From: Candidatus Rokuibacteriota bacterium
GTDB taxonomy: Bacteria; Methylomirabilota; Methylomirabilia; Rokubacteriales; CSP1-6
Length of the DNA: 27,927 bases
Assembly (NCBI GenBank): GCA_016184305.1
Contig: JACPCX010000118.1
Location: 1 to 27,927 of the forward strand
Direction of reading: 5' to 3'
In this document: positions 7,589 to 16,782 of the stretch, piece after piece
Numbering within the stretch: position 1 is the stretch's first letter
Layout: the number at the start of each line of letters is the position of its first letter
Notes under the pieces: model-generated
What the model saw: the letters and a program-made list of their open reading frames with translations, nothing else
Told to the model about the DNA's origin: nothing
Databases searched by the model: none
Made by a program: the position numbers and the translations under genes

Positions 7589-9094
7589 TCAGATCTGTCT
7601 GCGGAGCTCCTTGCGAAGGATCTTCCCCACCGGGCTCTTGGGCAGCGAGTCCACGAACCGCACCTGCTTGGGACACTTGTACCGCGCCAGCCGCGTCTGG
7701 CAGAAGGCCATGACCTCCTCGGCCGTGGCGCGCGCGCCCACCTTCAGCACCACGAACGCCAGCACGTCCTCGCCCATGAGCGGATCGCGCATGCCGACGA
7801 CGGCGGCCTCGGCGGTCCGTGAAAAGGCGTACAGGACCTCCTCCACCTCGCGCGGGTAGATGTTGAAGCCGCCGCGGATGATGAGGTCCTTCTTCCGCTC
7901 GACGATGTAGAGGAACCCGTCCTCGTCGAGACGCCCCATGTCCCCCGTGTGGAGCCACCCGCCGCGGATCGTCCGGGCCGTCTCCTCGGGATTCCGGTAG
8001 TAGCCGAGCATCACGTTGCGTCCCATGACGCAGACCTCGCCCGGCTCCCCTGCGGGCAGCATCCGGTCGTCGTCGTCCTGGATGGACACGCGCACGCCCG
8101 GGATGGGCTGCCCCACCGAGCCCAGCTTGCGCACCCCGGACAGGCGGTGGGCCGACACGACAGGCGAGGCCTCCGTGAGGCCGTAGCCCTCCATGAGCTT
8201 GCCGCCGAACTTCCGCTCGAAGGGCTCGACGATCCCCACCGGCAAGGGCGCGGCCCCCGAACCCCAGACCCGGATGGAGGACGTGTCGTATTGCTCGGCC
8301 CCTGGGTAGTTCAGGAGGTACACGAACATCGTCGGGACGCCCGACATGGAGGCGGCCTTGAACTCCTGGATGGTCCGGAGCACCTCCTCGGGGTTGAACC
8401 AGCGCAGGAGCACGCCGCGCGTCCCCAGGAGGTGGCCCGCGTTCATGACCGTGAGCCCGTAGGAGTGGGACAGCGGGAGCACCGCCACGGCCCAGTCCTC
8501 GCGTGCCAGCTCGTGAAGGGCGGCGGCGGACCGCGCGTTGGAGGCAAGGTTGTCGTGGGACAGCGCCACGCCCTTGGGTGTGCCGGTGGTGCCGGAGGTG
8601 TAGAGGATCACGGCGACGTCGTCGTCGCGCCGGTCCACGGTGGCGAAGGACTCCGATTCACGGGCGATCTCGTCAGCGAAGGAGCGGGTCTTGCCGCCAG
8701 CGCCGCCATCCACCACGAGCACGTGCCGCAGGGTCGCCAGCGTCCCGATATGGGGCTCGACCTTCCACAGCATGTCCGTCGAGGTGATGACGACCGTGGC
8801 CCCGGAGTGGGCCAGGATGTGCGCGACTTCCTCCGCCCCCAGCAGGAAGATCACCGGCACGATGACCCCGCCGATCCTCAGGATGCCGCCGTAGCTCTGT
8901 ATCACCTCGGGGCAGTTCGGCAGCATCACCACCACACGGTCGCCCGACTCGACGCCCAGCCGGCGCAGCGCATTGGCGACCCGGCACGACGCGCGGATCT
9001 GCTCCACGTTGGTGATCCGGCGCCCCTCGAAGGCCAGCGCCACGTACTCGCCGTACTTCTCGAGACTCTCTTCGCCGAGGCGGGCGAGGTTCAT
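7589..9094 (-). CDS. Long-chain fatty acid-CoA ligase (LcfA/FadD-like)
   Basis: YTSGTTGTPKG, EGYGLTEAS, WLHTGDMG, LPKSPVGK; probable start ATG 9094. Confidence 0.92.
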   Translation of the reverse strand: MNLARLGEESLEKYGEYVALAFEGRRITNVEQIRASCRVANALRRLGVESGDRVVVMLPNCPEVIQSYGGILRIGGVIVPVIFLLGAEEVAHILAHSGATVVITSTDMLWKVEPHIGTLATLRHVLVVDGGAGGKTRSFADEIARESESFATVDRRDDDVAVILYTSGTTGTPKGVALSHDNLASNARSAAALHELAREDWAVAVLPLSHSYGLTVMNAGHLLGTRGVLLRWFNPEEVLRTIQEFKAASMSGVPTMFVYLLNYPGAEQYDTSSIRVWGSGAAPLPVGIVEPFERKFGGKLMEGYGLTEASPVVSAHRLSGVRKLGSVGQPIPGVRVSIQDDDDRMLPAGEPGEVCVMGRNVMLGYYRNPEETARTIRGGWLHTGDMGRLDEDGFLYIVERKKDLIIRGGFNIYPREVEEVLYAFSRTAEAAVVGMRDPLMGEDVLAFVVLKVGARATAEEVMAFCQTRLARYKCPKQVRFVDSLPKSPVGKILRKELRRQI

Positions 9095-9105
9095 GGGCAA
9101 GCAGG

Positions 9106-9423
9106 CTAGCGGAGATTCACGCGGAACGCCTCGATCTGATTGCCGGCCAGCTTGAAGAGGCCCTCCACCTCCACGCGGTCGCCCGTCCGGGCCCGGAGCC
9201 CGCCCGAGGCGAGGACGCGGACCGCCACGCCCCCGTCGATGAGCGTGAAGCTCTGGGAGGCGCCGCTCCCCTCGACCAGCCCGACCGTGCCCGTCACCGT
9301 CACGGTGCGGTGGTCGTACCGCACCGGATTCGTCGCGAGCGTCGAGAGCGACACCGCTTGCGCGGCGGCCGGGCTGGGGGCGGCGAGAAGCACGAGCAGC
9401 CACAGGGCTCGGAACCAGGTCAT
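9106..9423 (-). CDS. Small exported OB-fold-like protein
   Basis: Signal peptide; NPVRYDHRTVTVTGTV...GDRVEVEGLF. Confidence 0.75.
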   Translation of the reverse strand: MTWFRALWLLVLLAAPSPAAAQAVSLSTLATNPVRYDHRTVTVTGTVGLVEGSGASQSFTLIDGGVAVRVLASGGLRARTGDRVEVEGLFKLAGNQIEAFRVNLR

Positions 9424-10187
9424 GAGCAGGCCTCCTTGGCGCTCTCGAGTCGGGCGCCGGGACTCGGGTGGGTGCTGAGCCAGTCGCTCCAGAGCGAGAT
9501 CTTGCGCTCGCGCTCGAGCCGGGCCAGGAGGGCCACAACCGCGCGGCAGCGCCCGGGCGGCCCCGGCAGCCGGCCGAGCAGGTGTATGGCAAAGCGATCG
9601 GCCGCCAGCTCCTCCTCACGATCGTAGCTGCGGTGCTTTCCTTCCTCCGCCGTTTCGGCCGCGACCTGCGTCCCCATGATCCCGATGGCAATGAGCGGGC
9701 CGATGATCGGGATGGCGGTGGCCGCGGCAGCACCGGTCGTCCCCGCCCCGTCGATCTTCTGCTTTGCCTCGCGCTCCGCCACCCGGCGCGACTTGCGCGC
9801 GGCGAAGTGCCCCAGCTCCACGTGACCGATCTCGTGAGCCAGGGCCGCCTGCAATTCCTCGGGAGGCAGGGTCGCGAGCGCGCCCTCGGTCACCAGCAGG
9901 CTGAACCTGCACGTCGGATGCGGCGCCACGCCGAGATTGATCGCGCTCACCGGGAGAACGCCCAGCCCCACGGCGCAGCCATCCTGGGGCGAGCGCCAGA
10001 TCCCCGAGACCCGGAGGAGCGGCCCGAGCACCTGCGCCACGACCATCTTGTCGTGGTCGCTGGGTGGCCTCGGCCTGGCCCGTGGCTGCGCCGTGGCGCA
10101 GCCCGCGACAATGGTGACGCACAGCAGAATCAGTAGGTTACGAAGAATATAACGCGTCGCACTAAACCTCTTGACTGTCTGTGACAC
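9420..10187 (-). CDS. M48 family Zn-metallopeptidase lipoprotein (start uncertain)
   Basis: Lipobox VAGC; LAHEIGH; REEELAAD; LSTHPSPGAR. Confidence 0.88.
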   Translation of the reverse strand: MSQTVKRFSATRYILRNLLILLCVTIVAGCATAQPRARPRPPSDHDKMVVAQVLGPLLRVSGIWRSPQDGCAVGLGVLPVSAINLGVAPHPTCRFSLLVTEGALATLPPEELQAALAHEIGHVELGHFAARKSRRVAEREAKQKIDGAGTTGAAAATAIPIIGPLIAIGIMGTQVAAETAEEGKHRSYDREEELAADRFAIHLLGRLPGPPGRCRAVVALLARLERERKISLWSDWLSTHPSPGARLESAKEACS

Positions 10188-10200
10188 ATCGCGTTAATAT
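10171..10200 (+). promoter_or_regulatory. Sigma70-like promoter of the phasin-like gene
   Basis: TTGACT-N18-TAATAT in an AT-rich divergent region. Confidence 0.6.
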
Positions 10201-10258
10201 GCACTCGTGGCCCAAACCCCCGATTCAGCATCACACTTGCGCTAAGGAGGAACGAACC

Positions 10259-10708
10259 ATGATGAACCCGATGCAGCCCAGCGAATTCTTCTCCCGGATG
10301 ACCAGCAACGCGGTGGAGGCGTTCTCGCTCTGCGCCGAAGCCAATCAGAAGATCCTCCGTGAGCTGGTCGACCTCTCCGCCAGCGCGGCGAAGGAGGGCG
10401 TCCGCCTCTACGCCGAGCTTCAGTCCTCCGCCGTCGCGACGGTGAAGGACGGCCAGTCGCTCTTCCTGCGCCGTCAGGCGGAGATGCAGGAGGCGCCCAA
10501 GGACCCCCTGGGCTTCTATCAGCAGAGCGTCCTGGAATCCGTCGAGGGCGCCCAGAAGGCCTTCAACCTCCTGGAGAGCAATGCCCAGGCCATCACCCGC
10601 TCCGCCGAGCGATTCCAGGTGACCGCCGAGCAGGCAGTCAAGGAGATCCAGGCCACCTTCGCCCAGCTGGCGGGCAAGGTGAAGTCCACCTACTCCCCGT
10701 TCGTCTGA
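10259..10708 (+). CDS. Phasin-like PHA granule-associated protein
   Basis: AAGGAGG RBS; all-helical, Ala/Gln/Glu-rich 149 aa; adjacent to phaR. The function is inferred from context. Confidence 0.65.
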   Translation: MMNPMQPSEFFSRMTSNAVEAFSLCAEANQKILRELVDLSASAAKEGVRLYAELQSSAVATVKDGQSLFLRRQAEMQEAPKDPLGFYQQSVLESVEGAQKAFNLLESNAQAITRSAERFQVTAEQAVKEIQATFAQLAGKVKSTYSPFV

Positions 10709-10721
10709 GACACCGTCCGGC

Positions 10722-10755
10722 GAGGGCGGAGGGCTGGGTCCGGCTCTCCGCCCTC
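10722..10755. terminator. GC-rich hairpin between convergent genes
   Basis: gagggcggagggc...gctctccgccctc; no U-tract. Confidence 0.55.
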
Positions 10756-10769
10756 CGCCCCCTTCGTCG

Positions 10770-11270
10770 CTACTTCCCTCGCCGCTTCTCCAGGCGCTCT
10801 TCCAGAGCCCTGAGCTGCTCCCGCAGCGCCGCCACCTCGCTCTTCAGCGCATCGGCCTCGGCCGCGGGCTGGGCCGGTCTCTTCTCGGTGGAGGTCGCTG
10901 ACGGCTGGGACGGCAGCCACCCCGCCCGGGCCGCCCACGCGCGGAACACCTGGTCGGCTTCCCGCTGGCTTGTCATGATGGACTCGAGGCTTCCCTTCAG
11001 CGATGTCTGCACGAAGTCCTGCCAGGCCTCGCCGTGCTTGATGAGCTGGTGCAGGAACGCCGTGGGCAGCGCCGCGCGGTGGCTCCGCTCGTTCTCCAGG
11101 ATGATCTGGGCGAGCGTGATGGAGGTGAGGTCCTCGCCGGTGGAGACGTCCACCACGGAGATCTCCTTCCCCGCGCGGATCATTTCCTCCAGCTCCTCGA
11201 GCGTGACGTACCGGCTCTCCTGGGTGTCGTAAAGCTTTCGGTTGGAGTACCGCTTGATCACGTACGCCAT
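10770..11270 (-). CDS. phaR: PHA synthesis regulator, DNA-binding
   Basis: VIKRYSNRKLYDTQESRYVTLEEL...VVDVSTGEDLTSITLAQIILE. Confidence 0.93.
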   Translation of the reverse strand: MAYVIKRYSNRKLYDTQESRYVTLEELEEMIRAGKEISVVDVSTGEDLTSITLAQIILENERSHRAALPTAFLHQLIKHGEAWQDFVQTSLKGSLESIMTSQREADQVFRAWAARAGWLPSQPSATSTEKRPAQPAAEADALKSEVAALREQLRALEERLEKRRGK

Positions 11271-11276
11271 GGGCGG

Positions 11277-11305
11277 AGTCTAACACCGCGCGTCAGGGCT
11301 CACAA
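11277..11305 (-). promoter_or_regulatory. phaR promoter, probably leaderless
   Basis: TTGTGA-N17-TAGACT (TGn-extended), 6 nt before ATG; no SD. Confidence 0.6.
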
Positions 11306-11327
11306 GCCGCCCCCCCCTGCGCCATAG

Positions 11328-11480
11328 CTCCGCTGCACGAAGGTCTTCATCGATCAGATGGCCATGAAGCGCTTCGGGAAATCCGAGGAGGTCGCCCGCG
11401 CCTGCGTGTACCTCTGCTCGCAGGGCGGCGACTACATCACCGGCGCGGAGCTCTCCATCAACGGCGGCCTGTTCATGTGA
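11328..11480 (+). pseudogene. C-terminal ~50 codons of an acetoacetyl-CoA reductase (PhaB-like SDR); not in the ORF track
   Basis: Manual translation ..IDQMAMKRFGKSEEVARACVYLCSQGGDYITGAELSINGGLFM*; in-frame TAG upstream at 11325. Confidence 0.85.
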
Positions 11481-12054
11481 CCTCTCTCGACGAGAGGCAG
11501 CCGCCAGGCGAGGCCGCCAGCGCGGAGGCGCCGAGCCGGCTCCAGAGCGCGGCGCCCTGCGCGGCCCACGCCAGGGGCGAGAACGCCCAGAAGGCCATCC
11601 ACGCGGCGCCGTTCGGCGCCTTCTCGTAGACCACCGGCACCCTCGACGGCATCACCAGGGCCTCGCCCGTCAGCACGGGCTCGCCCCGCTGGTTGGTGCA
11701 GACGGTGCGCAGGCGGAGCCGGTGCTTGTCGCGCTTGACCTCGAGGACCTCGGCCCGCGCCGTGATCGTGTCGCCGAACATCACGGGCTTGAGGAACTTG
11801 AGGTCCTGCGAGAGGTAGATGGCGCCGGGTCCCGGCAGCCGCGTCCCGATCACCGCCGAGATGAGCCCGGCCGTCCAGATGCCCGGCGCGATGCGCTCCT
11901 TGAAGATCGTCGTGGCGGCGTATTCCCGATCCGCGTGGATCGGGTTGTGATCCCCGACAGCATCCACGAAATCCGCGATGTCGCCATCCGTGGCGACGCG
12001 GGTGATCTCGGCGGCGGCGCCCACCTGAATGCTGTCGATGGTCAAGCCGATCAT
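11473..12054 (-). CDS. phaJ: MaoC-family (R)-specific enoyl-CoA hydratase (PhaJ-like) with C-terminal extension
   Basis: GDHNPIHAD, LPGPGAIYLSQDLKFLKPV; start overlaps the phaE stop. Confidence 0.85.
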   Translation of the reverse strand: MIGLTIDSIQVGAAAEITRVATDGDIADFVDAVGDHNPIHADREYAATTIFKERIAPGIWTAGLISAVIGTRLPGPGAIYLSQDLKFLKPVMFGDTITARAEVLEVKRDKHRLRLRTVCTNQRGEPVLTGEALVMPSRVPVVYEKAPNGAAWMAFWAFSPLAWAAQGAALWSRLGASALAASPGGCLSSREVT

Positions 12055-12578
12055 CGGGGCTCCTGTCTGAGGGCGGCGGCCAGATCATTGAGGCGCTTGA
12101 GCACCGCCTCCAGGCGATCTTCCACGCCCTCCAGCTTCTCCTCGAGCTGGACGATCTGCCGGGCGATGCCCGTGACCTGGCTCCGGGAGGGGATCCCGAG
12201 CCCGCCGAGCGTCGCCTCCATGTGCTGCTCGGCGGCCTTCTTCGCCGGGCTCGCGGCGTTGAGGAATCCCTCGAGCTGCGTGCCGATCGCCTTGGCGAAG
12301 GCCTCCGTCCCCATGGCCTGCTCGAGGACCTTCGACCATGCGGCGATCCACTGATCCAGGAACTGCTTCCACTGGCCCATGAGGTCCGGGGAGACCGTCC
12401 CCTGCGTCATGACCTTGGCCCAACCCGCCATGCCCTGGTCCATGAAGGGCCGCCAGAAAGCCTGGGGATCCAGCGTCTGGGCCTGGGGAGTCCCCATCAT
12501 CTTCAGCCACTGCTGGGTCCCTTCCTCCACCTGCTTCTTCCAGAGATCGAAGAGCGGCTGCCCGCCTGTGTCGGCCAT
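12051..12578 (-). CDS. phaE: PHA synthase accessory subunit (short PhaE / class IV PhaR-like)
   Basis: Trp/Gln-rich helical protein; LGIPSRSQV..IARQIVQLEEKLE coiled-coil tail; directly downstream of phaC. Confidence 0.75.
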   Translation of the reverse strand: MADTGGQPLFDLWKKQVEEGTQQWLKMMGTPQAQTLDPQAFWRPFMDQGMAGWAKVMTQGTVSPDLMGQWKQFLDQWIAAWSKVLEQAMGTEAFAKAIGTQLEGFLNAASPAKKAAEQHMEATLGGLGIPSRSQVTGIARQIVQLEEKLEGVEDRLEAVLKRLNDLAAALRQEPR

Positions 12579-12606
12579 CGTCACTCCCCTCCCCGGCCCC
12601 GATGCA

Positions 12607-13707
12607 TCACGAGCGCGCCGCCAGCCACGAGGCGACCTTGGGCCAGCAGTGCACCGAGGCGCCGCGCCCGGCGATGAGCGAGATGTGCCCGCCGGGCATC
12701 TCCAGGTACTCGCGGTCCGTGCTTCCCACGGCCTCGATCAGCGGCTTGACGCAGCCGGGGGGCGCGATGTTGTCCTCCCGGGCCCCCACCGCGAGGACGG
12801 GACAGGTGATGCGCGCGAGATTCACCTTCGTGCCGCCCATCACCAGCTCACCCCTGATGAGGCGGTTCTCCTGGTAGAACTCCCTCACCCACTGCCGGAA
12901 GAACTCGCCCGGGAACGCCACGTACTCGTTGGCCCACTTGTTCAGCGCGTTGAAGCCCGACACGTACTCGGGGTTCCAGAGATTCCACCACAGGTTGAGG
13001 CCCGCGCTCAGATCCATCGTCGGCTTGAGCAGCTTGAAGCCCGCCTTGATCATGTCGGACGGGACGCTGCCGAGCGTGTCCACGTACTTGTCCACGTCGA
13101 AGAACCGCGGGTCGAGCCACAGCCCGAAGAGCCCGACGTGGGCGAAGTCGATGGGACCGGCCATGTTGATGAAGTTCTTCACCGGGAACTCGGGATGCGT
13201 CGCGAGGAAGCACGCGGACAGCGGGGCGCCCATGCAGTACCCGAGCACCGATATCTCTGATGCGCCGGACGACTCCAATGCCCTCTGCGCGAGCCGCGGG
13301 AGGATCTTCGTCACCGCGTCCTCGACCGTGAGCCCGTTGTCCTCCTCGCCGAAGACGCCCCAGTCCACCAGGTAGAAGTCGAAGCCCTGCTGGGTCATGT
13401 GCTCGACGAAGGAGCCATGGGCCATGAGGTCGAAGATGTACGGGCGACTGATGCCGAGGTTCGGGACGAAGAGGAGCGGGGTGCGGTGGGTGCGCGTGGA
13501 CGCGTACCGGTAGAGCCGCGACTTGTTCTTCCGGTAGATCTCCTGCCGTGGCGTGGGCCCGACCACGGGCTCCTGCGGGTTCATGACCATCTCCGCGAAG
13601 TGCTTCATGCGGAGGAGGGTGCGTTCCATCTCGTGCTGCCAGCGGGCCCGAGCCCCAGGTGAGAGCCCCGGGATCTCGGTCGCCATGGTGAACAGTTCGT
13701 CCTTCAT
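12607..13707 (-). CDS. phaC: PHA synthase catalytic subunit, class III/IV type
   Basis: VGPTPR, RPYIFDL, YLVDWG, GYCMGA, EDNIAPP, GGHISL; 366 aa from ATG 13707 with GGAGG RBS. Confidence 0.92.
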   Translation of the reverse strand: MKDELFTMATEIPGLSPGARARWQHEMERTLLRMKHFAEMVMNPQEPVVGPTPRQEIYRKNKSRLYRYASTRTHRTPLLFVPNLGISRPYIFDLMAHGSFVEHMTQQGFDFYLVDWGVFGEEDNGLTVEDAVTKILPRLAQRALESSGASEISVLGYCMGAPLSACFLATHPEFPVKNFINMAGPIDFAHVGLFGLWLDPRFFDVDKYVDTLGSVPSDMIKAGFKLLKPTMDLSAGLNLWWNLWNPEYVSGFNALNKWANEYVAFPGEFFRQWVREFYQENRLIRGELVMGGTKVNLARITCPVLAVGAREDNIAPPGCVKPLIEAVGSTDREYLEMPGGHISLIAGRGASVHCWPKVASWLAARS

Positions 13708-13757
13708 GCCTCCCCCTTGGGCCCGGCCTTCACCCCCGAGCACGGGGCACCACCAAG

Positions 13758-13796
13758 CATGGTACTGCACCATGACGCTCTGCGACAATAGTATTG
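13758..13796 (-). promoter_or_regulatory. phaC promoter with overlapping palindromes
   Basis: TTGTCG-N18-TACCAT; CATGGT-N5-ACCATG (13758-74); CAATA-g-TATTG (13786-96). Confidence 0.55.
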
Positions 13797-13816
13797 CGCG
13801 GCGCTCCGAACGGTAC

Positions 13817-15151
13817 TCACAGGACCCCGTCTGCCGCCAGCTCCGCGGCCCGGCCCGGCCCGATCCCGAAGTACTTCTGCAAGATCAGGCTGTTGTGGTA
13901 GCCGGCCGGGCGGCAGGGCCACTTGAGCCGCGGCGGAGTGCCTGTCATGCGCCAAGCCGGCATCTGGAGGAGCAGCTCGCCATAGATGGGGTCGGAGAGG
14001 CGCTTCAGGCACCCGCGCTCCCACCAATGCGCCTCCGTGAGCATGCGGGTCGGGGGGTTCATGGGCCCGAAGACGATGACGCCGGGCCCCGGGTCCGCCA
14101 GCACCTTGTCCAGGATCTCGGCCGAGGTGTAGTTGGCGGACCACGCGCAGATCTCGTCGCGCAGCTGGATCTCGTTCGCGAGCGTCGTCCGCTGAAGCGT
14201 GGTGTTGAAGCGCGGGTCGTCCCCCAGCTCCGGGCGTCCCATGACGCGGCAGAGGGCGCGGAAGTTGGGGTCGGTGTAGCCCGCGATGAAGGCCCAGCCG
14301 TCCTTGACGGGCACGAAGGTGTACGGGAACACGGCCAGCTCGTAGAGTCCCGTCCGGCCCCGGATCGCACCGCTCGCGTGATAGAGGAGCACCGAGTACT
14401 CCAGATACCGCATGAGCGCCTCGGCCCCGGTGACGTCGATCATCTGCCCGCGGCCGGAGCGCTCGCGCCAGTGCAGCGCCGCCAGCGTTCCCAGCGCGCC
14501 CCAGGCCGCCTGGCCGTAGGCGCTGATCCACGACCCGACCTTCACGGGGGCCGTGTCAGGATTCCCGGTGAGGTGCAGGAGACCGGACAGCGCCTGGTCG
14601 GTGAGGTCGTGCTCGGGCGGCTGGTTCTTCGCCAGCGGCCCGAACTGCCCGTAGGCCGAGCACGCGACGTAGACGACCCGCGGGTTCAGGGCGGAGAGCT
14701 GGCGGTAGCCGATGCCGAGGCCGTCCAGGTATCCCGGCGCGAATCCCTCGATCAGCACGTCGGCGCGCGCGGCGAGCCCCTTGAGGAGCCGGCGGCCTTC
14801 ACGGGTCGTGAGGTCGAGGGTCAGGTGGTAGCGGTTCCGCGCCTCCGCCACGAAGGCGAGCCCGTCGCCGCCCGCGGAGGCCTCCGCGGGCCCCCAGCGC
14901 CGCGCGGGATCGCCCCCCGGCGGCTCCACCTTGATGACTTCCGCGCCCAGCTCCGCCAGGTACGTGGCGGTGAGGAGCGCGCCGTAATGCCCGTGAGAGA
15001 GATCCAGGACCAGGAGATCGTCGAGAGCCTCGGGCTTGTCGGCGACACCGCCCGGGTCCTCGGCCGCCTTGATCCACTCGTCCCATTTCCCGTCCGGGCG
15101 GGCCTGCTCCCCCAGATGCGGGGGCATCCGCGGGGCCGCCTCTCTCGTCAC
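13817..15151 (-). CDS. Class III (CaiB/BaiF) CoA-transferase subunit, apparently lacking the catalytic Asp
   Basis: LAELGAEVIKVEPPGGDPAR, GIGYRQLSALNPRVVY; KVGSWISAYG where GD is expected; GTG overlaps the upstream TGA. Confidence 0.9.
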   Translation of the reverse strand: MTREAAPRMPPHLGEQARPDGKWDEWIKAAEDPGGVADKPEALDDLLVLDLSHGHYGALLTATYLAELGAEVIKVEPPGGDPARRWGPAEASAGGDGLAFVAEARNRYHLTLDLTTREGRRLLKGLAARADVLIEGFAPGYLDGLGIGYRQLSALNPRVVYVACSAYGQFGPLAKNQPPEHDLTDQALSGLLHLTGNPDTAPVKVGSWISAYGQAAWGALGTLAALHWRERSGRGQMIDVTGAEALMRYLEYSVLLYHASGAIRGRTGLYELAVFPYTFVPVKDGWAFIAGYTDPNFRALCRVMGRPELGDDPRFNTTLQRTTLANEIQLRDEICAWSANYTSAEILDKVLADPGPGVIVFGPMNPPTRMLTEAHWWERGCLKRLSDPIYGELLLQMPAWRMTGTPPRLKWPCRPAGYHNSLILQKYFGIGPGRAAELAADGVL

Positions 15152-16488
15152 ACGAGCCTCCCTTCGCCCTTCCATCCCTCCGGCGGCCCCGCGCCGCGGC
15201 GGCCCTCGGTCCAGCGGCCGATGGCCCCCGCGGCCTCCAGCGCCTTGATGCGCGCGTCGTCGAGCCCGAGGATCCGCTTGAGGACCAGCTCGTTGTGGAA
15301 GCCCACGGGCTTGCCCGCCCACTTGATCCGCGCGGGCGTCGCCGAGAGCTTCGGGGCGGGCCCGTACTCCACCATGGTGCCGTACATCGGGTCCTCGTAC
15401 TCCCACACCGAGCGCCGCGCCCGGAGATGCTCGCTCTCCGCGTGATCCTTGGCCGTCATGACGGGAGCCGCGGCGACGCCCGCCTTTCGGGCGGCGGCCT
15501 CCACCTGTTTCCGGCTCCTGGGGCCGCAGAAGGCGGCGAGCTTGGCGTCCATCGCCCTGGCGCTCGCCCGCTCTCGGCGCGCGGCCGCCGTCGCGAAGCG
15601 CTCGTGGCGCAGGAGCCCGGGCTCCCCGAGCATCCGGCACAGCCCGTGGAACTCCCGATCGGTGCCCGCCACCACCGCGACGTAGCCGTCGGCGCAGCGG
15701 TAGACACCCGAGGGCGTGAAGACGTGGTCGCCGTTGCCCACCTTCTGGCGGTCGCGTCCGGTGAGCCCCGCATAGAGCCACGTCCAGTCCATGGCGCGCA
15801 CGAGGCCTTCGCACTGCGCCATCTCCACGAACTGCCCCTCGCCGGTGCGGGCGCGCCAGCGCAGCGCCGCCAGCGCGCCGACGGCCGACATGGAGGCGCC
15901 GAACCAGTCGCCGAGGTAGTTGCCGATCTTCGTGGGCGCTTCGCCCTCGCCCGTGATGGCCGTGAGGCCGGAGACGGCCTGGGCGAGCCCGTCGTAGGAG
16001 GCGCGCCCCTTCGAGAACGGCCCCCACTGGCCGAAGCCCGTGTTGGCCACGTAGATCAGCCGGGGGTTCACCTCGCGGAGCTGGCGATAGCCCAGGCCGA
16101 ACTTCTCCTCCAGGGTACCCGCCTTGTAGTTCTCGATGACGATGTCCGAGCGCGCGGCGAGCTGACGGATCAGCGCCTGCCCCTCGGGCCGGTGCATGTC
16201 GATCCCCATGTGGTACTTGGAGTGGTTGGCGCAGAAGAAGGCCACGGAGATGTTCTTCCAGAAGAAGGAGGCGTTGCCGAGGATGCGTGTCACGTCCCCC
16301 TGCCCGGGCATCTCCACCTTGATGACCTCCGCGCCCATCTCGCCGAGGAAATCGCCGGTGGCGGGACCGAAGTAGATCACGGACAGGTCGAGCACGCGGA
16401 TGCCGGCCAGCGCCTCGGGCTTCTCGTGGATCCGCGAGGGGTCGAACAGCTTCGCCGCCCAGTCGAAATAGTCCTTGGGGATCGTCAT
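15148..16488 (-). CDS. Class III (CaiB/BaiF) CoA-transferase, catalytic subunit
   Basis: GIRVLDLS, MGAEVIKVE, KIGNYLGDWFG; ATG 16488 preceded by TGa-TATCCT-N7. Confidence 0.92.
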   Translation of the reverse strand: MTIPKDYFDWAAKLFDPSRIHEKPEALAGIRVLDLSVIYFGPATGDFLGEMGAEVIKVEMPGQGDVTRILGNASFFWKNISVAFFCANHSKYHMGIDMHRPEGQALIRQLAARSDIVIENYKAGTLEEKFGLGYRQLREVNPRLIYVANTGFGQWGPFSKGRASYDGLAQAVSGLTAITGEGEAPTKIGNYLGDWFGASMSAVGALAALRWRARTGEGQFVEMAQCEGLVRAMDWTWLYAGLTGRDRQKVGNGDHVFTPSGVYRCADGYVAVVAGTDREFHGLCRMLGEPGLLRHERFATAAARRERASARAMDAKLAAFCGPRSRKQVEAAARKAGVAAAPVMTAKDHAESEHLRARRSVWEYEDPMYGTMVEYGPAPKLSATPARIKWAGKPVGFHNELVLKRILGLDDARIKALEAAGAIGRWTEGRRGAGPPEGWKGEGRLV

Positions 16489-16589
16489 GGCCGGCAGGAT
16501 ATCACAGCGAGAACACTCGGCAGGACCGCTGGGAGCGCGCGCGCACCCCTCGCCCCTGCCGACGCGGGTAGCAGGGTGCGCAAGACCTC

Positions 16590-16782
16590 GCAGGTCGCTC
16601 AGACGGGTCCAGATGCGAGGCGGCGCCCGACGGCCGCAACCGAGGCGTACTCCGCGTGGCGAGCCGAGCCGGAGGCGAGGTGAGCGCATCCGGAGATCCG
16701 GGCGAGCGTGAGCGAGCCACATCGAGCGTGCGGCCGAGGGCGCCGTACCTCCGCAGATGGGCCTTTTTCAGCGGCCTGCTAG
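16590..16782. mobile_element. ~190-bp non-coding MITE/REP-like element with imperfect terminal inverted repeats
   Basis: Left end gcaggtcgctcagacgggtccagatgcg vs right end (revcomp) gcaggccgctgaaaaaggcccatctgcg; ends on the CTAG of the SCP2 stop; related copies at 22099 and 4093. Confidence 0.65.
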
